Assembly: GCA_963822445.1 (NCBI GenBank)
Contig: CAWGHO010000002.1
Span: 1,632,001 to 1,696,000, forward strand
DNA length: 64,000 nucleotides
Source of the DNA: an uncultured Acidobacteriota bacterium
GTDB lineage: Bacteria; Acidobacteriota; Thermoanaerobaculia; Gp7-AA8
Reading direction: 5' to 3'
Shown here: piece by piece, positions 49,818 to 59,432 of the stretch
Position numbering within the stretch: the stretch's first letter is position 1
Layout: the number at the start of each line of letters is the position of its first letter
Position numbers and translations under genes: made by a program
Notes under the pieces: generated by a model
Database searches by the model: none
Seen by the model: only the letters and a program-made list of their open reading frames with translations
Told to the model about the DNA's origin: nothing

Positions 49818-50960
49818 CTACGCGACCATCTGCCGCCAATGCGACACCGATTGGGGCCTGCCGAAAAAGTACCCCTGCACGAGCTCGATCCCGAGCTCCG
49901 CGGCGGCGTCGGCGGTGGCGCGCGACTCGATCCCTTCCAATACCGTCGCGCAACCGAAGTCGCGCGCCAGCGCTGAGACGTGTCGGACCAGGCGCAGCTT
50001 GGTCGCGTCCACTTCGAAGCCGGTGCCGAACAGGTTGCTGATCTTGATGAAGGACGGACGGATCGTGGAGATCGTCGCCAGTTTCGAATACGCCGGCCCG
50101 TGATCATCGAGAGCGAATCGGATCCCGCGCCGGCGCAAGGTCTCGAACACCTCGCTGTCGGCGAAGTCGCTTCGCAGCGCGGTTCTCTCAGTGATCTCCA
50201 GAACGATCCGTTCAGGTGCGACGCCCGACGTGGCGGCCGCAGTGAGGACGTCAACGACCAGTGCCGGATCGCTGAACGTCTCCGGATCCACGTTGATGAA
50301 AACGAGCGCGCGCGCCGGAAGGTCGGCCGCGGCATGGATTGCGACCCTCAACGCAGTGCGGTTCAGCTCCGCCGTGCGGCCGCATCGCGCGGCATATTCG
50401 AAGAGTGCCGCGGGACCGGCGGTAGACCATCCTTCGCACACGGGCCGCGTCAACGCCTCGAAGGCAAACGGCACAGCGTTCTCGGATGTCATGCGGATGA
50501 TGGGCTGAAACAGGGCCGACAGATGGGAGTAGCGAAGCAGCTCATCGATCGCCGGCAGGCGCACGACGTCGAATGAACCGCCGCCGTCCGGCCTGCCGAT
50601 GACCCGTTCGAGGTTGCCGAGATCGAACGGTTTGGCCAGCATGGCCGTCGCTCCCGCGATCATCGCGTCGCTTCGCAGGCGATCCGTCGCGCATCCGGTC
50701 ATTGCGGCGATTCTCGCCCGGGGCAGCCTGTCTCGCAGACCTTCGAGAAAACGGAGCCCTTCGAATTTGAACGGCCCGGAGAACTGGATGTCCGTAATCA
50801 CGTCGGTGATAGGGAAATGATCGAGTGCCACGTCTGCCGATTGGGTGTCTTCGCAGACGACGATGGTGCGCCCCTCGCACTCGAGCGCCATCGTCAACGC
50901 GTCGGTGATGTAGCGGTCGTCATCGACCAGCAGGATTGTCTGTCTCATCGGGTTGCTCAT
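49818..50960 (-). CDS. REC-EAL response regulator (c-di-GMP phosphodiesterase-like)
   Basis: REC; FQPI, EAL, INVD, LEITE, ALDDHG, IKIS, EGIE, QGYFFGRP. Confidence 0.9.
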   Translation of the reverse strand: MSNPMRQTILLVDDDRYITDALTMALECEGRTIVVCEDTQSADVALDHFPITDVITDIQFSGPFKFEGLRFLEGLRDRLPRARIAAMTGCATDRLRSDAMIAGATAMLAKPFDLGNLERVIGRPDGGGSFDVVRLPAIDELLRYSHLSALFQPIIRMTSENAVPFAFEALTRPVCEGWSTAGPAALFEYAARCGRTAELNRTALRVAIHAAADLPARALVFINVDPETFSDPALVVDVLTAAATSGVAPERIVLEITERTALRSDFADSEVFETLRRRGIRFALDDHGPAYSKLATISTIRPSFIKISNLFGTGFEVDATKLRLVRHVSALARDFGCATVLEGIESRATADAAAELGIELVQGYFFGRPQSVSHWRQMVA

Positions 50961-51331
50961 GCGGTAAGAGCGAGGGGGTGGTGGGCCTGCGCGGAAAGCT
51001 CGTGAGTCTGTAGATAGAAGTCGACGTCATCCGCGCTGAGCGCATACAGAACGCGATCGCCGCCACGCCCGGCCGCGCTCAGAAACCCGCCGCCGTGCGG
51101 GCCAAGAAGCAGAATGTCGGCAATGAGTGCCGGAATGGACGCGAGCAACTGAAGGAAATCGTTCGCGCTCGCCGAGCGATCGAGAATGATGCGCTCGACG
51201 TCATGACGCGCCACCGCGCCATCGATCAACGCGAGAGACCCGACGAACAGCATCCGCCGGCCCTGCCAGCGCGGCGCGGCTTCAAAGGCGTTCCGGACGA
51301 CCAGTGTGAATCTCCTGGATGAGTGGGTCAT
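50957..51331 (-). CDS. Hypothetical protein, possibly degenerate receiver-like
   Basis: ATGA-coupled to REC-EAL; DVERIILDRS, FLSAAGRGGDRVLYAL. Confidence 0.6.
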   Translation of the reverse strand: MTHSSRRFTLVVRNAFEAAPRWQGRRMLFVGSLALIDGAVARHDVERIILDRSASANDFLQLLASIPALIADILLLGPHGGGFLSAAGRGGDRVLYALSADDVDFYLQTHELSAQAHHPLALTA

Positions 51332-51338
51332 GCGGGTC

Positions 51339-51461
51339 TCAGAAGGCAAGCTGCAGGGCGAGCGTGACCGCAAAGGACGGCGCGCAGACTGCGAGGAACA
51401 CGCGCCAGCTTTGCCGGCCGCCACGGATGTCAGAGAGAGTGCTCGATAGAAAGTCAGTCAT
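51339..51461 (-). CDS. 40-aa single-TM peptide
   Basis: SD AAGGAG before ATG; MTDFLSSTLSDIRGGRQSWRVFLAVCAPSFAVTLALQLAF. Confidence 0.5.
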   Translation of the reverse strand: MTDFLSSTLSDIRGGRQSWRVFLAVCAPSFAVTLALQLAF

Positions 51462-51752
51462 TTTTGGCTCCTTGGTGGCCGGTACCAAGTCCAAGGGCCA
51501 GACCACAGAACGGGTTTGGTCGAAATCCATAAGTTTGTTGGACTTAGGACGAAACGCCATGAATCCGAGCCTGTCAAAAAAGGAAACAGCTGTCTGATTT
51601 TCAGACAGGTGCTCGAGGCTCTTTTGGGAGACTCATTCCGGCCAGCCGTAGCGATGTAGGTATTGCCGGAACCACGTGCGGCAAAGGGGGAGATCCGTAC
51701 CGCGGCAGGTATACTGATCTCCCACGGAGCTCCCTCGCAGGCAGGGCGACGT

Positions 51753-52004
51753 ATGAAATCGGAGAACCTGGCCAGTCTTCCCGCGGTCGCTTACGACGAC
51801 GCGAACGCACGCGCGGCAGAGCACGTGCTGGAGGCGGTCCCGCTGCTGGATGGCGAAGACGCGCCCCTCCGGGATATTGCTTTGGTCGACGTGCGCCGGA
51901 ACATTCCAGCGCTGACGGCCGCGCTCGCGCAGCACCTGGGCAGCCTCTCGATTGAGATGCAGACCCTCTGCGACTTGCTCAGCACAGAGCGGCCGGCGAG
52001 CTGA
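51753..52004 (+). CDS. Small hypothetical protein (83 aa)
   Basis: ATG ORF MKSENLASL..., helical composition, TATACT upstream at 51710. Confidence 0.4.
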   Translation: MKSENLASLPAVAYDDANARAAEHVLEAVPLLDGEDAPLRDIALVDVRRNIPALTAALAQHLGSLSIEMQTLCDLLSTERPAS

Positions 52005-52107
52005 CTGCCGGCGGGCTGCTGCCGGACGTGGCGCGGCTCAGCTCGACGCCATTACAATCCCACCCCATGCGGCGTAACACCGCGCAACGTCTGGAGAGAG
52101 TGGCCTC

Positions 52108-52764
52108 GTGATCCGCATCGTCCTTGCCGATGATCACGACGTCGTTCGCGCCGGCCAGCGCGCGCTGCTCTCCTCCGAACCTGACTTCCGTGTCGTTGGC
52201 GTGGCTGCTGACGGTTTGGAAGCCGTCAAGGTCGTCGAGCAGCTGAAGCCGGACGTGCTGGTCGTCGATATCGCCATGCCGGGGCTGAACGGGATCGAGG
52301 TGGTGGCCAGGGTTCGAGCAGCTTCTCCGCGCGTGGCCATCGTGGTGTTCTCGATGCACAGCGGGCAATCCCATGTGGCCCAGGCATTTCGAAACGGAGC
52401 CAACGGGTATGTTTCGAAAGGCGCCCACGCCGAGGAGCTCGTACGAGCCATTCGCGCGGTGATGAGCGGCGAGCGTTACCTCGGACATCAGTTATCGATT
52501 CGGGCGGTGGAGTTGTATCTGGACGTGATCGCCGCAAGCGATGCCGACCCGTGGGAGTCGCTCTCGGCACGCGAGCGGGAAGTGCTCGGTCTCGCGGCGG
52601 AGGGACTCTCGAACGCGCAGATCGGCGAGCGGCTTTACATCAGTCCTCGCACGGTGGAGACACACCGCGCCAGCGTGATGCGGAAGCTCGGCTTGCGCGG
52701 GCAGACCGAGCTCGTGCTTTATGCCGTTCGGCGGGGACTGCTGTCGCTCGACGAGCACGTCTAG
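52108..52764 (+). CDS. NarL/LuxR-family response regulator
   Basis: LADDH, VDIAMP, LSAREREVL..AAEGLSN.QIGERLYISPRTVETHR. Confidence 0.95.
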   Translation: MIRIVLADDHDVVRAGQRALLSSEPDFRVVGVAADGLEAVKVVEQLKPDVLVVDIAMPGLNGIEVVARVRAASPRVAIVVFSMHSGQSHVAQAFRNGANGYVSKGAHAEELVRAIRAVMSGERYLGHQLSIRAVELYLDVIAASDADPWESLSAREREVLGLAAEGLSNAQIGERLYISPRTVETHRASVMRKLGLRGQTELVLYAVRRGLLSLDEHV

Positions 52765-52905
52765 GACGATCGTTTCCGAAATTGTGACCGGCGACGCGGG
52801 ACCTGTGTAGCGGTTCCGTCCGTAGCGCTACGGAGGCGCCCGGCATCTTGGGCGCGATTATTTCGTCCTGTAGAAGTTACTTACCGAACTCGAACGGGTG
52901 ACCTC

Positions 52906-54819
52906 GTGGACGCGCCACCAATCAAGATCCTCCACCTCGAAGATGTAGCGGCCGATGCGAAACTGATTCACCGGGTTCTGGAGCGCGCCGGATTGCGATT
53001 CACCCTGCGCCGCGTCGACAGCGAACAGCCATTCCGCGCAGCCATTGCCGACGAAATGCCGGACGTGATCCTCGCCGATCAGGTTCTTCCGGGGTTCGAC
53101 GGCATGAGCGCACTCCGCATCGTCAGAGAAATCGCGCCGGCGGTGCCGTTCATCTTCGTGTCCGGCTCCCTCGGAGAAGAGCGCGCGATCCAAACGTTGC
53201 ATGAGGGAGCCGCGGACTACATCCTCAAGGATCGGCTGACCCGTCTGCCGTCCGCGATCGAGCGCGCCCTGGAGGAGCGCGCATCGCAGCGCGCGCGGGA
53301 AGCCGCGGAAGCAGCGGTGGCCGAGAGCGAGCAACGCTTCCGTTACGCCACTCTGGCGACGCGGGACGTGATCTGGGACCACGACGTCGTCACGGGCAGG
53401 ATCTTTGTGAACGAGTCGCTGCAGACGCAGTGGGGGCATGAGGAGCGCGCCTGCATCGATATCGAATGGCTCATTTCGAACGTTCATCCCGATGACCGCG
53501 CAGGCGTATCCGCGTCGTACGAGCGGTTTCTCGCTTCCAAAAAGGAACGGTGGACGATCGAGCACCGCTTCCGTCGCGGCGACGGCTGGTACGGCTACTG
53601 CGTTCAGCGTGCTTTGGTATTGCGCGATGCCGATGGCCGGCCATTGCGCGTGATTGGTGCGATGCAGGATGTCACCGAGAGCCGCCGCCTGCAGGATCAG
53701 CTGGAACGCGCCGAGCGTGTGGAAAGTCTCGGACGGATCGCCGCAACCATCGCTCACGAGTTCAATAACGTACTGATGGGGATTCAGCCCATCGCGGAAG
53801 TGCTGATGCGCGCCAGTGAAGCCCGCACCGCGAGGATGGGCTCGAAGATCGTCGAATCGGTCGTGCGCGGACGAACCGTGGTCGACGAGATTCTCCGCAT
53901 TTCGCGCGTGCCGGATCCCGTGCTCGAGACCTTCGATCTGGCGGCCTTCGTCCGCGACATGCGCGCGGAAGCCGAAGCGGTGGTCGGACGCAACATCGCC
54001 GTGGACATCGCTACACCTCCCCGGCCCGCATGGATTCGCTGCGATCGGCGCCAGCTTCAGCAGGTACTGGCCAATCTGATCGTCAATGCTCGCGACGCCA
54101 TGCCGCGAGGCGGACGTCTATCGCTTGCGGTCGCGTCGCGCGACGCAGAAGTGGTGCTGTCGGTTTCTGATGACGGCAGCGGCATGCCCGCGGAAATCCG
54201 TGATCGCGTTTTCGAGCCGCTGTTCACCACCAAACGTCACGGCACCGGCCTCGGCCTCGCCGTCTCTGAGCGTCTGCTCCGGCAGAACAACGCTTCCATC
54301 ACCGTGGACAGCGCCGTCGGGCAGGGGACGACATTCCGCATCACCTTCGCCGCGGCGGACGAACGGCCCGCGGAGACGGGCGAGACGCTCCCCCTGCGGC
54401 GATTGAATCTGCCGCTGAGGATTTTGATCGTTGAAGACAATGTCAATGTGGCCGACGGCATCCGCATCCTGCTCGAGAGCGAAGGATTCGAAGCGCACGT
54501 CATCGAGCACGGCGAATATGCGCTCGACGCAGTCAACGCCTTGAAGCCCGACGTCCTGCTGCTGGATGTCAGCCTGCCGGACATATCCGGTGCGGAGGTA
54601 TTCGACCGCGTACGAGCCGTCGATCCCGATTTGCCGGTAGTGTTCATGAGCGGTCACATCGAGGCGGCGCGGCTGGACGATCGCATTGGCAATCCGAACG
54701 TCGGGTTCATGCGCAAACCGTTCGGCCTGGAGACATTATTGAAGATCCTCGATCAGACGCTGCCGGCTGCGGAACAGCGGATGAGCGACGGAGGTGCCAA
54801 TGTCTCGACGGGAGTCTGA
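52906..54819 (+). CDS. Hybrid histidine kinase (REC-PAS-HisKA-HATPase-REC)
   Basis: IAHEFNNVL, NLIVNARDAM, FEPLFTTK..GTGLGL; terminal receiver domains. Confidence 0.92.
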   Translation: MDAPPIKILHLEDVAADAKLIHRVLERAGLRFTLRRVDSEQPFRAAIADEMPDVILADQVLPGFDGMSALRIVREIAPAVPFIFVSGSLGEERAIQTLHEGAADYILKDRLTRLPSAIERALEERASQRAREAAEAAVAESEQRFRYATLATRDVIWDHDVVTGRIFVNESLQTQWGHEERACIDIEWLISNVHPDDRAGVSASYERFLASKKERWTIEHRFRRGDGWYGYCVQRALVLRDADGRPLRVIGAMQDVTESRRLQDQLERAERVESLGRIAATIAHEFNNVLMGIQPIAEVLMRASEARTARMGSKIVESVVRGRTVVDEILRISRVPDPVLETFDLAAFVRDMRAEAEAVVGRNIAVDIATPPRPAWIRCDRRQLQQVLANLIVNARDAMPRGGRLSLAVASRDAEVVLSVSDDGSGMPAEIRDRVFEPLFTTKRHGTGLGLAVSERLLRQNNASITVDSAVGQGTTFRITFAAADERPAETGETLPLRRLNLPLRILIVEDNVNVADGIRILLESEGFEAHVIEHGEYALDAVNALKPDVLLLDVSLPDISGAEVFDRVRAVDPDLPVVFMSGHIEAARLDDRIGNPNVGFMRKPFGLETLLKILDQTLPAAEQRMSDGGANVSTGV

Positions 54820-56611
54820 GTCCAGCACGGACAGGGGTGCGGTGCGCGCGCGCGCGTTGCACGACCTCGAGGCGCGTTTCGACATCCTCTCCGATGCAGT
54901 CCTGGTCGAGGCGAACGATGTCTGGGTCTATGCGAATCCTGCGGCTTTCTCGCTGCTCGGCTGCAGGACTCCATACGACCTGATCGGCAAACCCATCTTC
55001 GACATCGTCGCTCCCGAGGGCCGCGCCGCCGCGGAGGCCCGAAAGAAAAAGGCGCTTGCGGGTGGGCGGAACGTGGCCGCTCGGCAGCGCCTCGTTCGCG
55101 CGGATGGCGTGACGTTCGAGGCGGAAATCTCGTCACAGACGATCCGTCTGTTCCCCGGTTCCAGAAACGTGATGATCGTCGTCCGGGACATTACCGAGCG
55201 CCTCACCGAGGAGATGCGCTTCATGGTCACATTCGAGCAGGCCGCGGTGGGGATGGCCCATATCGCGCCGGACGGCCGATGGCTTCGCGTGAACTCCGCG
55301 CTTGGCCGGATGGTCGGCTACGAACGAAGCAGCCTGCTCGAACGGACCATCGACGACATCACCTTCAGCGCGGACCGGGGCCGGGACGCCCGCGAAATGG
55401 AGGCTTTGATCGCCGGCAGGGAAGAGACGTGCTCGATCGAGAAGCGGCTGGTGCGAAGCGACGGCAGCGTTTTCTGGGTCAACTGCACGCGGTCGGTCGC
55501 GTTCCTTCCCGACGGATCGGCCGACTTCGTCATCGCCGTGATCGAGAACATCGATGACCGAAAACGCGCGCAGGAGGCGTTGCGTGCGAGTGAGGAGCGC
55601 TTTCGCCATCTCGTCGAGTTCGGCAGTGAGCTGATCGTCGTGGTCGATGCAGACGGCTGCATGAAGTACATCTCCCCCACGGTGACGTCGCTGCTCGGCT
55701 ACGCGTCGTCGGAGGTGATCGGCCGGAGCGCATTCGACTTCATCCACCCGGACGATCTGCCAGGAAGCCTGGAACGCGTGCGCAGGGTCGCTGCGACGCC
55801 GCGCGCTCGCGAGAACGCCACCATTCGTCTTCAGTCGATCGAACGCGGGTGGCGTACGTTCGAGATCTCGACGATGAACCTGCTCGATGATCCGTCCGTC
55901 GCCGGGCTTGTCATCAACGGCCACGACAGCACCGAAACGACGCGCATGACCGAAGAGCTGGCGCAGATGCGCCGCGTCGAAAGCCTGGGCCGCGTGGCGG
56001 CCGCCGTTGCCCACGAATTCAACAACGTCCTGGCGGGCGCCGACGCCTTCGCCAGCGTTCTCGCGCGGAAAAAGGATCCGTCGATCGAGCCGATCGTACG
56101 CGGGTTCAAAGCGGCGATCAGCCGTGGAAAAAACATCACCGCGCCGATCCTCCAGTACGCCAAACCGGAGCAGGTGATCCGCAAGGAAATCGACGTACGT
56201 GCCTGGCTTCGCGATCTCCAGACCGATCTCGAGCCGCTCCTGGCCGACCGCAACCCCCTCGTTGTCGAGGTCACCGGCGAGAATGTGCTTTGTGGCGACC
56301 GGCGGCAGCTCTCGCAGGTCATGACCAACCTGATTCTCAATGCCCGCGAGTCGTCGCCGGCCGGCGCGCCGATCACCGTCGTAGTCTGTTTAGGCGGCCG
56401 TGACGGCAATGTGCTGGAAGTCCGCGACAGCGGTCACGGCATCCCCACGGCATCGATCGACAGAATCTTCGAACCGCTCTTCACCACCAAACACAACGGA
56501 ACCGGCCTTGGACTCGCGGTGGCGCAGCAGGTCGTGCTCCGTCACGGCGGATCGATCAGCGTGAGCAGCGAACCGGGAGTGGGATCGACGTTTACCGTTA
56601 CGCTGCCTTGA
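54800..56611 (+). CDS. Triple-PAS histidine kinase
   Basis: SD GGAGG; three PAS domains; VAHEFNNVL, FEPLFTTK.NGTGLGL. Confidence 0.92.
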   Translation: MSRRESESSTDRGAVRARALHDLEARFDILSDAVLVEANDVWVYANPAAFSLLGCRTPYDLIGKPIFDIVAPEGRAAAEARKKKALAGGRNVAARQRLVRADGVTFEAEISSQTIRLFPGSRNVMIVVRDITERLTEEMRFMVTFEQAAVGMAHIAPDGRWLRVNSALGRMVGYERSSLLERTIDDITFSADRGRDAREMEALIAGREETCSIEKRLVRSDGSVFWVNCTRSVAFLPDGSADFVIAVIENIDDRKRAQEALRASEERFRHLVEFGSELIVVVDADGCMKYISPTVTSLLGYASSEVIGRSAFDFIHPDDLPGSLERVRRVAATPRARENATIRLQSIERGWRTFEISTMNLLDDPSVAGLVINGHDSTETTRMTEELAQMRRVESLGRVAAAVAHEFNNVLAGADAFASVLARKKDPSIEPIVRGFKAAISRGKNITAPILQYAKPEQVIRKEIDVRAWLRDLQTDLEPLLADRNPLVVEVTGENVLCGDRRQLSQVMTNLILNARESSPAGAPITVVVCLGGRDGNVLEVRDSGHGIPTASIDRIFEPLFTTKHNGTGLGLAVAQQVVLRHGGSISVSSEPGVGSTFTVTLP

Positions 56612-56619
56612 GCGATCGC

Positions 56620-56669
56620 TCACATGCGGGTTGACAAATGTGAAAGTCATATGCATATTGGCGCATATG
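56620..56669 (+). promoter_or_regulatory. Sigma-70 promoter of arsM with overlapping inverted repeats (possible ArsR-type operator)
   Basis: TTGACA 56631, 17 bp, CATATT 56654; TCACAT-N12-ATGTGA and CATATG-N10-CATATG symmetry. Confidence 0.6.
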
Positions 56670-57476
56670 AACGACATCAAAGAAGCAGTGCGCGAGAAAT
56701 ACGGGGAGGCGGCACGCGCGGTCGCCTCGGGTGAGAAAACCTCCTGCTGCAGCCGCAAGACCAGTTGCGACCCCATCACCTCCGATCTCTACGAAGGCAG
56801 CCAGACGGCCGCCATCCCTGAAGACGCGCTCATGGCGTCGCTGGGCTGCGGCAATCCGGTGCTGCTCGCCCAGCTCAACGAAGGCGAGACCGTCCTTGAC
56901 CTCGGCAGCGGCGGCGGCATCGACGTCTTCCTCTCCGCGAAACGCGTCGGCCCCACGGGCAAGGTCTACGGGCTGGACATGACCGACGAGATGCTGGCCC
57001 TGGCCAACGAGAACAAGAAGAAGGCCGGCGTGCAGAACGTCGAGTTTCTGAAGGGCGAGATCGAGAGCATCCCGCTGCCCGACAACTCCGTCGACGTGAT
57101 CATCTCCAACTGCGTGATCAACCTCTCCGCCGACAAGGGCCGCGTGTTGCGCGAAGCGTTCCGCGTGCTCAAGCCGGGTGGACGGTTCGCGGTGTCCGAC
57201 GTCGTTCGCCGCGATGGCGACATCCCCGAGGAGATCGCGCGGAATGTGGAGCTCTGGATCGGATGCGTGGCCGGCGCCCTCGCCGTCAGCGAGTACGAAC
57301 GCCTCCTCGGCCAAGCAGGATTCGAGAGCATCGGCATCGAGCCGACGCGCATCTACCGTCTCGACGACGCGAAGTCGTTCCTGGCCGATGCCGGGATCGA
57401 CGCCGAGTCGCTGCCGCCGGAGATCGACGGCGCGTTCATGAGCGGATTCGTGCGCGCGACCAAGCCGCGCGGCTAG
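56667..57476 (+). CDS. arsM: Arsenite S-adenosylmethionine methyltransferase
   Basis: KEAVREKYG, SCC, SLGCGNP, LDLGSGGGID, SNCVINL, WIGCVAGAL. Confidence 0.93.
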   Translation: MNDIKEAVREKYGEAARAVASGEKTSCCSRKTSCDPITSDLYEGSQTAAIPEDALMASLGCGNPVLLAQLNEGETVLDLGSGGGIDVFLSAKRVGPTGKVYGLDMTDEMLALANENKKKAGVQNVEFLKGEIESIPLPDNSVDVIISNCVINLSADKGRVLREAFRVLKPGGRFAVSDVVRRDGDIPEEIARNVELWIGCVAGALAVSEYERLLGQAGFESIGIEPTRIYRLDDAKSFLADAGIDAESLPPEIDGAFMSGFVRATKPRG

Positions 57477-57487
57477 AATCCGCGCCC

Positions 57488-58129
57488 ATGAAAGATCGCA
57501 TCGATGCCGTCGTCCGCCGCGATCAGGCGGAGTATCTCCAGTCCCTCCAACCGCCGCGCGACGCGCTGCTGGAACGGATGGAGAAGCTCGCGGCGGACGA
57601 AGGGCATCCGATCGCCGATCCGGAAGTCGCGCAGCTGATCCGCATTCTCGTCCGCGCCGCGCGGCCGCGCCGCGTGCTCGAAGTGGGCACGAACATCGGC
57701 TACTCGGTGATCGTGATGGGGAGGGAGTGCGATCAGGACGTGGTCGTGGAGACGATCGAGATCGATCACAACACGCTCACCACGGCGCGCGGATTCGTGT
57801 CCGAGGCCTCGCTGCCGTGCCGGGTGGTCTTCCATGAAGGGGCGGCGCTGGATGTCATCCCGCGCCTGACCGGGCCGTTCGATTTCGTCTTCATCGACTG
57901 CGTGAAGACCGAGTACCAGCAGTACCTCGATCTCCTCCTGCCGAAGCTCGAGCGCGGCGCGCTGGTGGTCTGCGACAACCTTCTGTGGAAAGGGCAAGTC
58001 GCGGCGGGACACCACGACGCGGCGACGGATGCCCTGCGCGCATTCAACAAACGCATCGCCAATGACCCGCGGCTGGTGACGTCGATTTTGCCGCTGGGCG
58101 ATGGGACTGGCGTGTCGGTAGTCGTTTGA
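57488..58129 (+). CDS. O-methyltransferase (Methyltransf_3, caffeoyl-CoA OMT/TrmR-like)
   Basis: VLEVGTNIGYS, FDFVFIDCVK, DNLLWKG, LPLGDG. Confidence 0.9.
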   Translation: MKDRIDAVVRRDQAEYLQSLQPPRDALLERMEKLAADEGHPIADPEVAQLIRILVRAARPRRVLEVGTNIGYSVIVMGRECDQDVVVETIEIDHNTLTTARGFVSEASLPCRVVFHEGAALDVIPRLTGPFDFVFIDCVKTEYQQYLDLLLPKLERGALVVCDNLLWKGQVAAGHHDAATDALRAFNKRIANDPRLVTSILPLGDGTGVSVVV

Positions 58130-58197
58130 GGTTGCTGGGTTGCTGAGTTGCTAGGTTGCTGGGCGGGTGGGACCCAGCAACTCAGCAACCCAGCAAC
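58130..58197. repeat. Inverted pair of octamer tandem repeats (GGTTGCTG)n ... (CAGCAACC)n
   Basis: GGTTGCTG GGTTGCTG AGTTGCTA GGTTGCTG GG ... CCCAGCAA CTCAGCAA CCCAGCAAC. Confidence 0.85.
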
Positions 58198-58226
58198 AAA
58201 AAGGGCCGGCGTGAGCCGGCCCTTGT
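58198..58226. terminator. Intrinsic terminator between convergent genes
   Basis: AAGGGCCGGC-GTGA-GCCGGCCCTT with A-run on the left (U-tail for the minus strand). Confidence 0.8.
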
Positions 58227-58246
58227 CAGCAACCAATGTTGAATTC

Positions 58247-59308
58247 CTAGCTGGCAGTTTTGACCATCGCCTTGACCGGGATGGTCACGACGGGCTTGAC
58301 CTTGTCGCTGGTGTGGATGGTGATCTCGCCGGCGAGGTCGCCCGGCTTGGCGGTCTTGGCGACCTGCAGGGTCACTTCGTACTCGCCCTTCTTCTCGGTC
58401 GGCTTGACCAGGGCGGTGACGCCGGGGACGCTCGACTCGACCTTGCTGACCACGAAGTTCTCCGGGGTCTTGAGGTTGTTCGAACGGAGGGTCACGGTGC
58501 GCGTCGCACCCGAATCCGTGAAGGCGACTTCGCCGAAATTGACCGCGGTCGGCTCGACGCGGAAGGTCGGGCGGACGACGCCGGCGACGCTGATCCAGTA
58601 CTCCGGCTGGTGCTTGGAGTTCGTGACCACGCGGATCTTCTCGGCGAGCGGTCCGATCTTCGTGTCATTGCCGCCGACGGTGATGTCGAGCTTGTACTGA
58701 TCCTGGCCGGGACGGCCGATGTTCGCGACCGGGCCGGCCTTGTCAGCCTTCGCGTGAGCGACCTTGATCCAGGGCTGCGGGCTCTCGATCTTGACGATCT
58801 CGAACGGCTCCGCCTCTTCCGAGTAGAGCGTGAGGGTCTGCGTCTCGGCGTCGCCCTGCAGCATGTTGAAGCGGACGAAGCCGGCCGGGTAAGCCTCGAC
58901 GTACGGCTTCACGATCGCGGAGATCGTGAGCTGCGCGGTCGGGGTGTTCGGGTCGTTCGTCTCCAGGGTCACCGACTTGCTGATCGGGCCGGCGAACGTG
59001 ACCGTGTCGACGTGGGCCGTCACCTTGCCGCTCTGGCCAGGCTTGATCAGCTTGTCGAAGTCGGCCACGGTGCAGCCGCAGGCCGGCTTGGCAGCGATGA
59101 TCTCGAGATCCGCGTTGCCCGTGTTCTTGACCACGAATGCATACGTGATCTTTTCGCCCTTGGGAACGGTCCCGAAGTCTTTGACCGGCTCGACCAGAGT
59201 CAGGCGCGGGGCGGGTTTCTCAGTGCTGGCCTTTTCCTGGGCGATCGCGAACGGAGCCGCGACGGCGAGGACAAGGGCGAGCGTGATGACAGTCATTCGC
59301 TTCGACAT
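58247..59308 (-). CDS. Exported DUF1573-domain Ig-fold protein
   Basis: Signal peptide; KDFGTV..G, F.VKNTGNADLEI, PACGCT, IKPGQSG, ETNDP. Confidence 0.88.
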   Translation of the reverse strand: MSKRMTVITLALVLAVAAPFAIAQEKASTEKPAPRLTLVEPVKDFGTVPKGEKITYAFVVKNTGNADLEIIAAKPACGCTVADFDKLIKPGQSGKVTAHVDTVTFAGPISKSVTLETNDPNTPTAQLTISAIVKPYVEAYPAGFVRFNMLQGDAETQTLTLYSEEAEPFEIVKIESPQPWIKVAHAKADKAGPVANIGRPGQDQYKLDITVGGNDTKIGPLAEKIRVVTNSKHQPEYWISVAGVVRPTFRVEPTAVNFGEVAFTDSGATRTVTLRSNNLKTPENFVVSKVESSVPGVTALVKPTEKKGEYEVTLQVAKTAKPGDLAGEITIHTSDKVKPVVTIPVKAMVKTAS

Positions 59309-59432
59309 TGCGCAGATTCCTCCTGTTGATTACTGCAGAGTGGCTTGGACGTTCCGAACATGCCCCCGAGGATGACCATTCCAATCGGTCTTCCCCGGCG
59401 GGCGCATGGATTTTGCGATACAAGGCGGCCTG

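Noticed and set aside
33041-56611. Block as an integrative mobile element or prophage
   Set aside because: No integrase, transposase, tRNA, att repeat or phage gene found; foreign origin remains unproven
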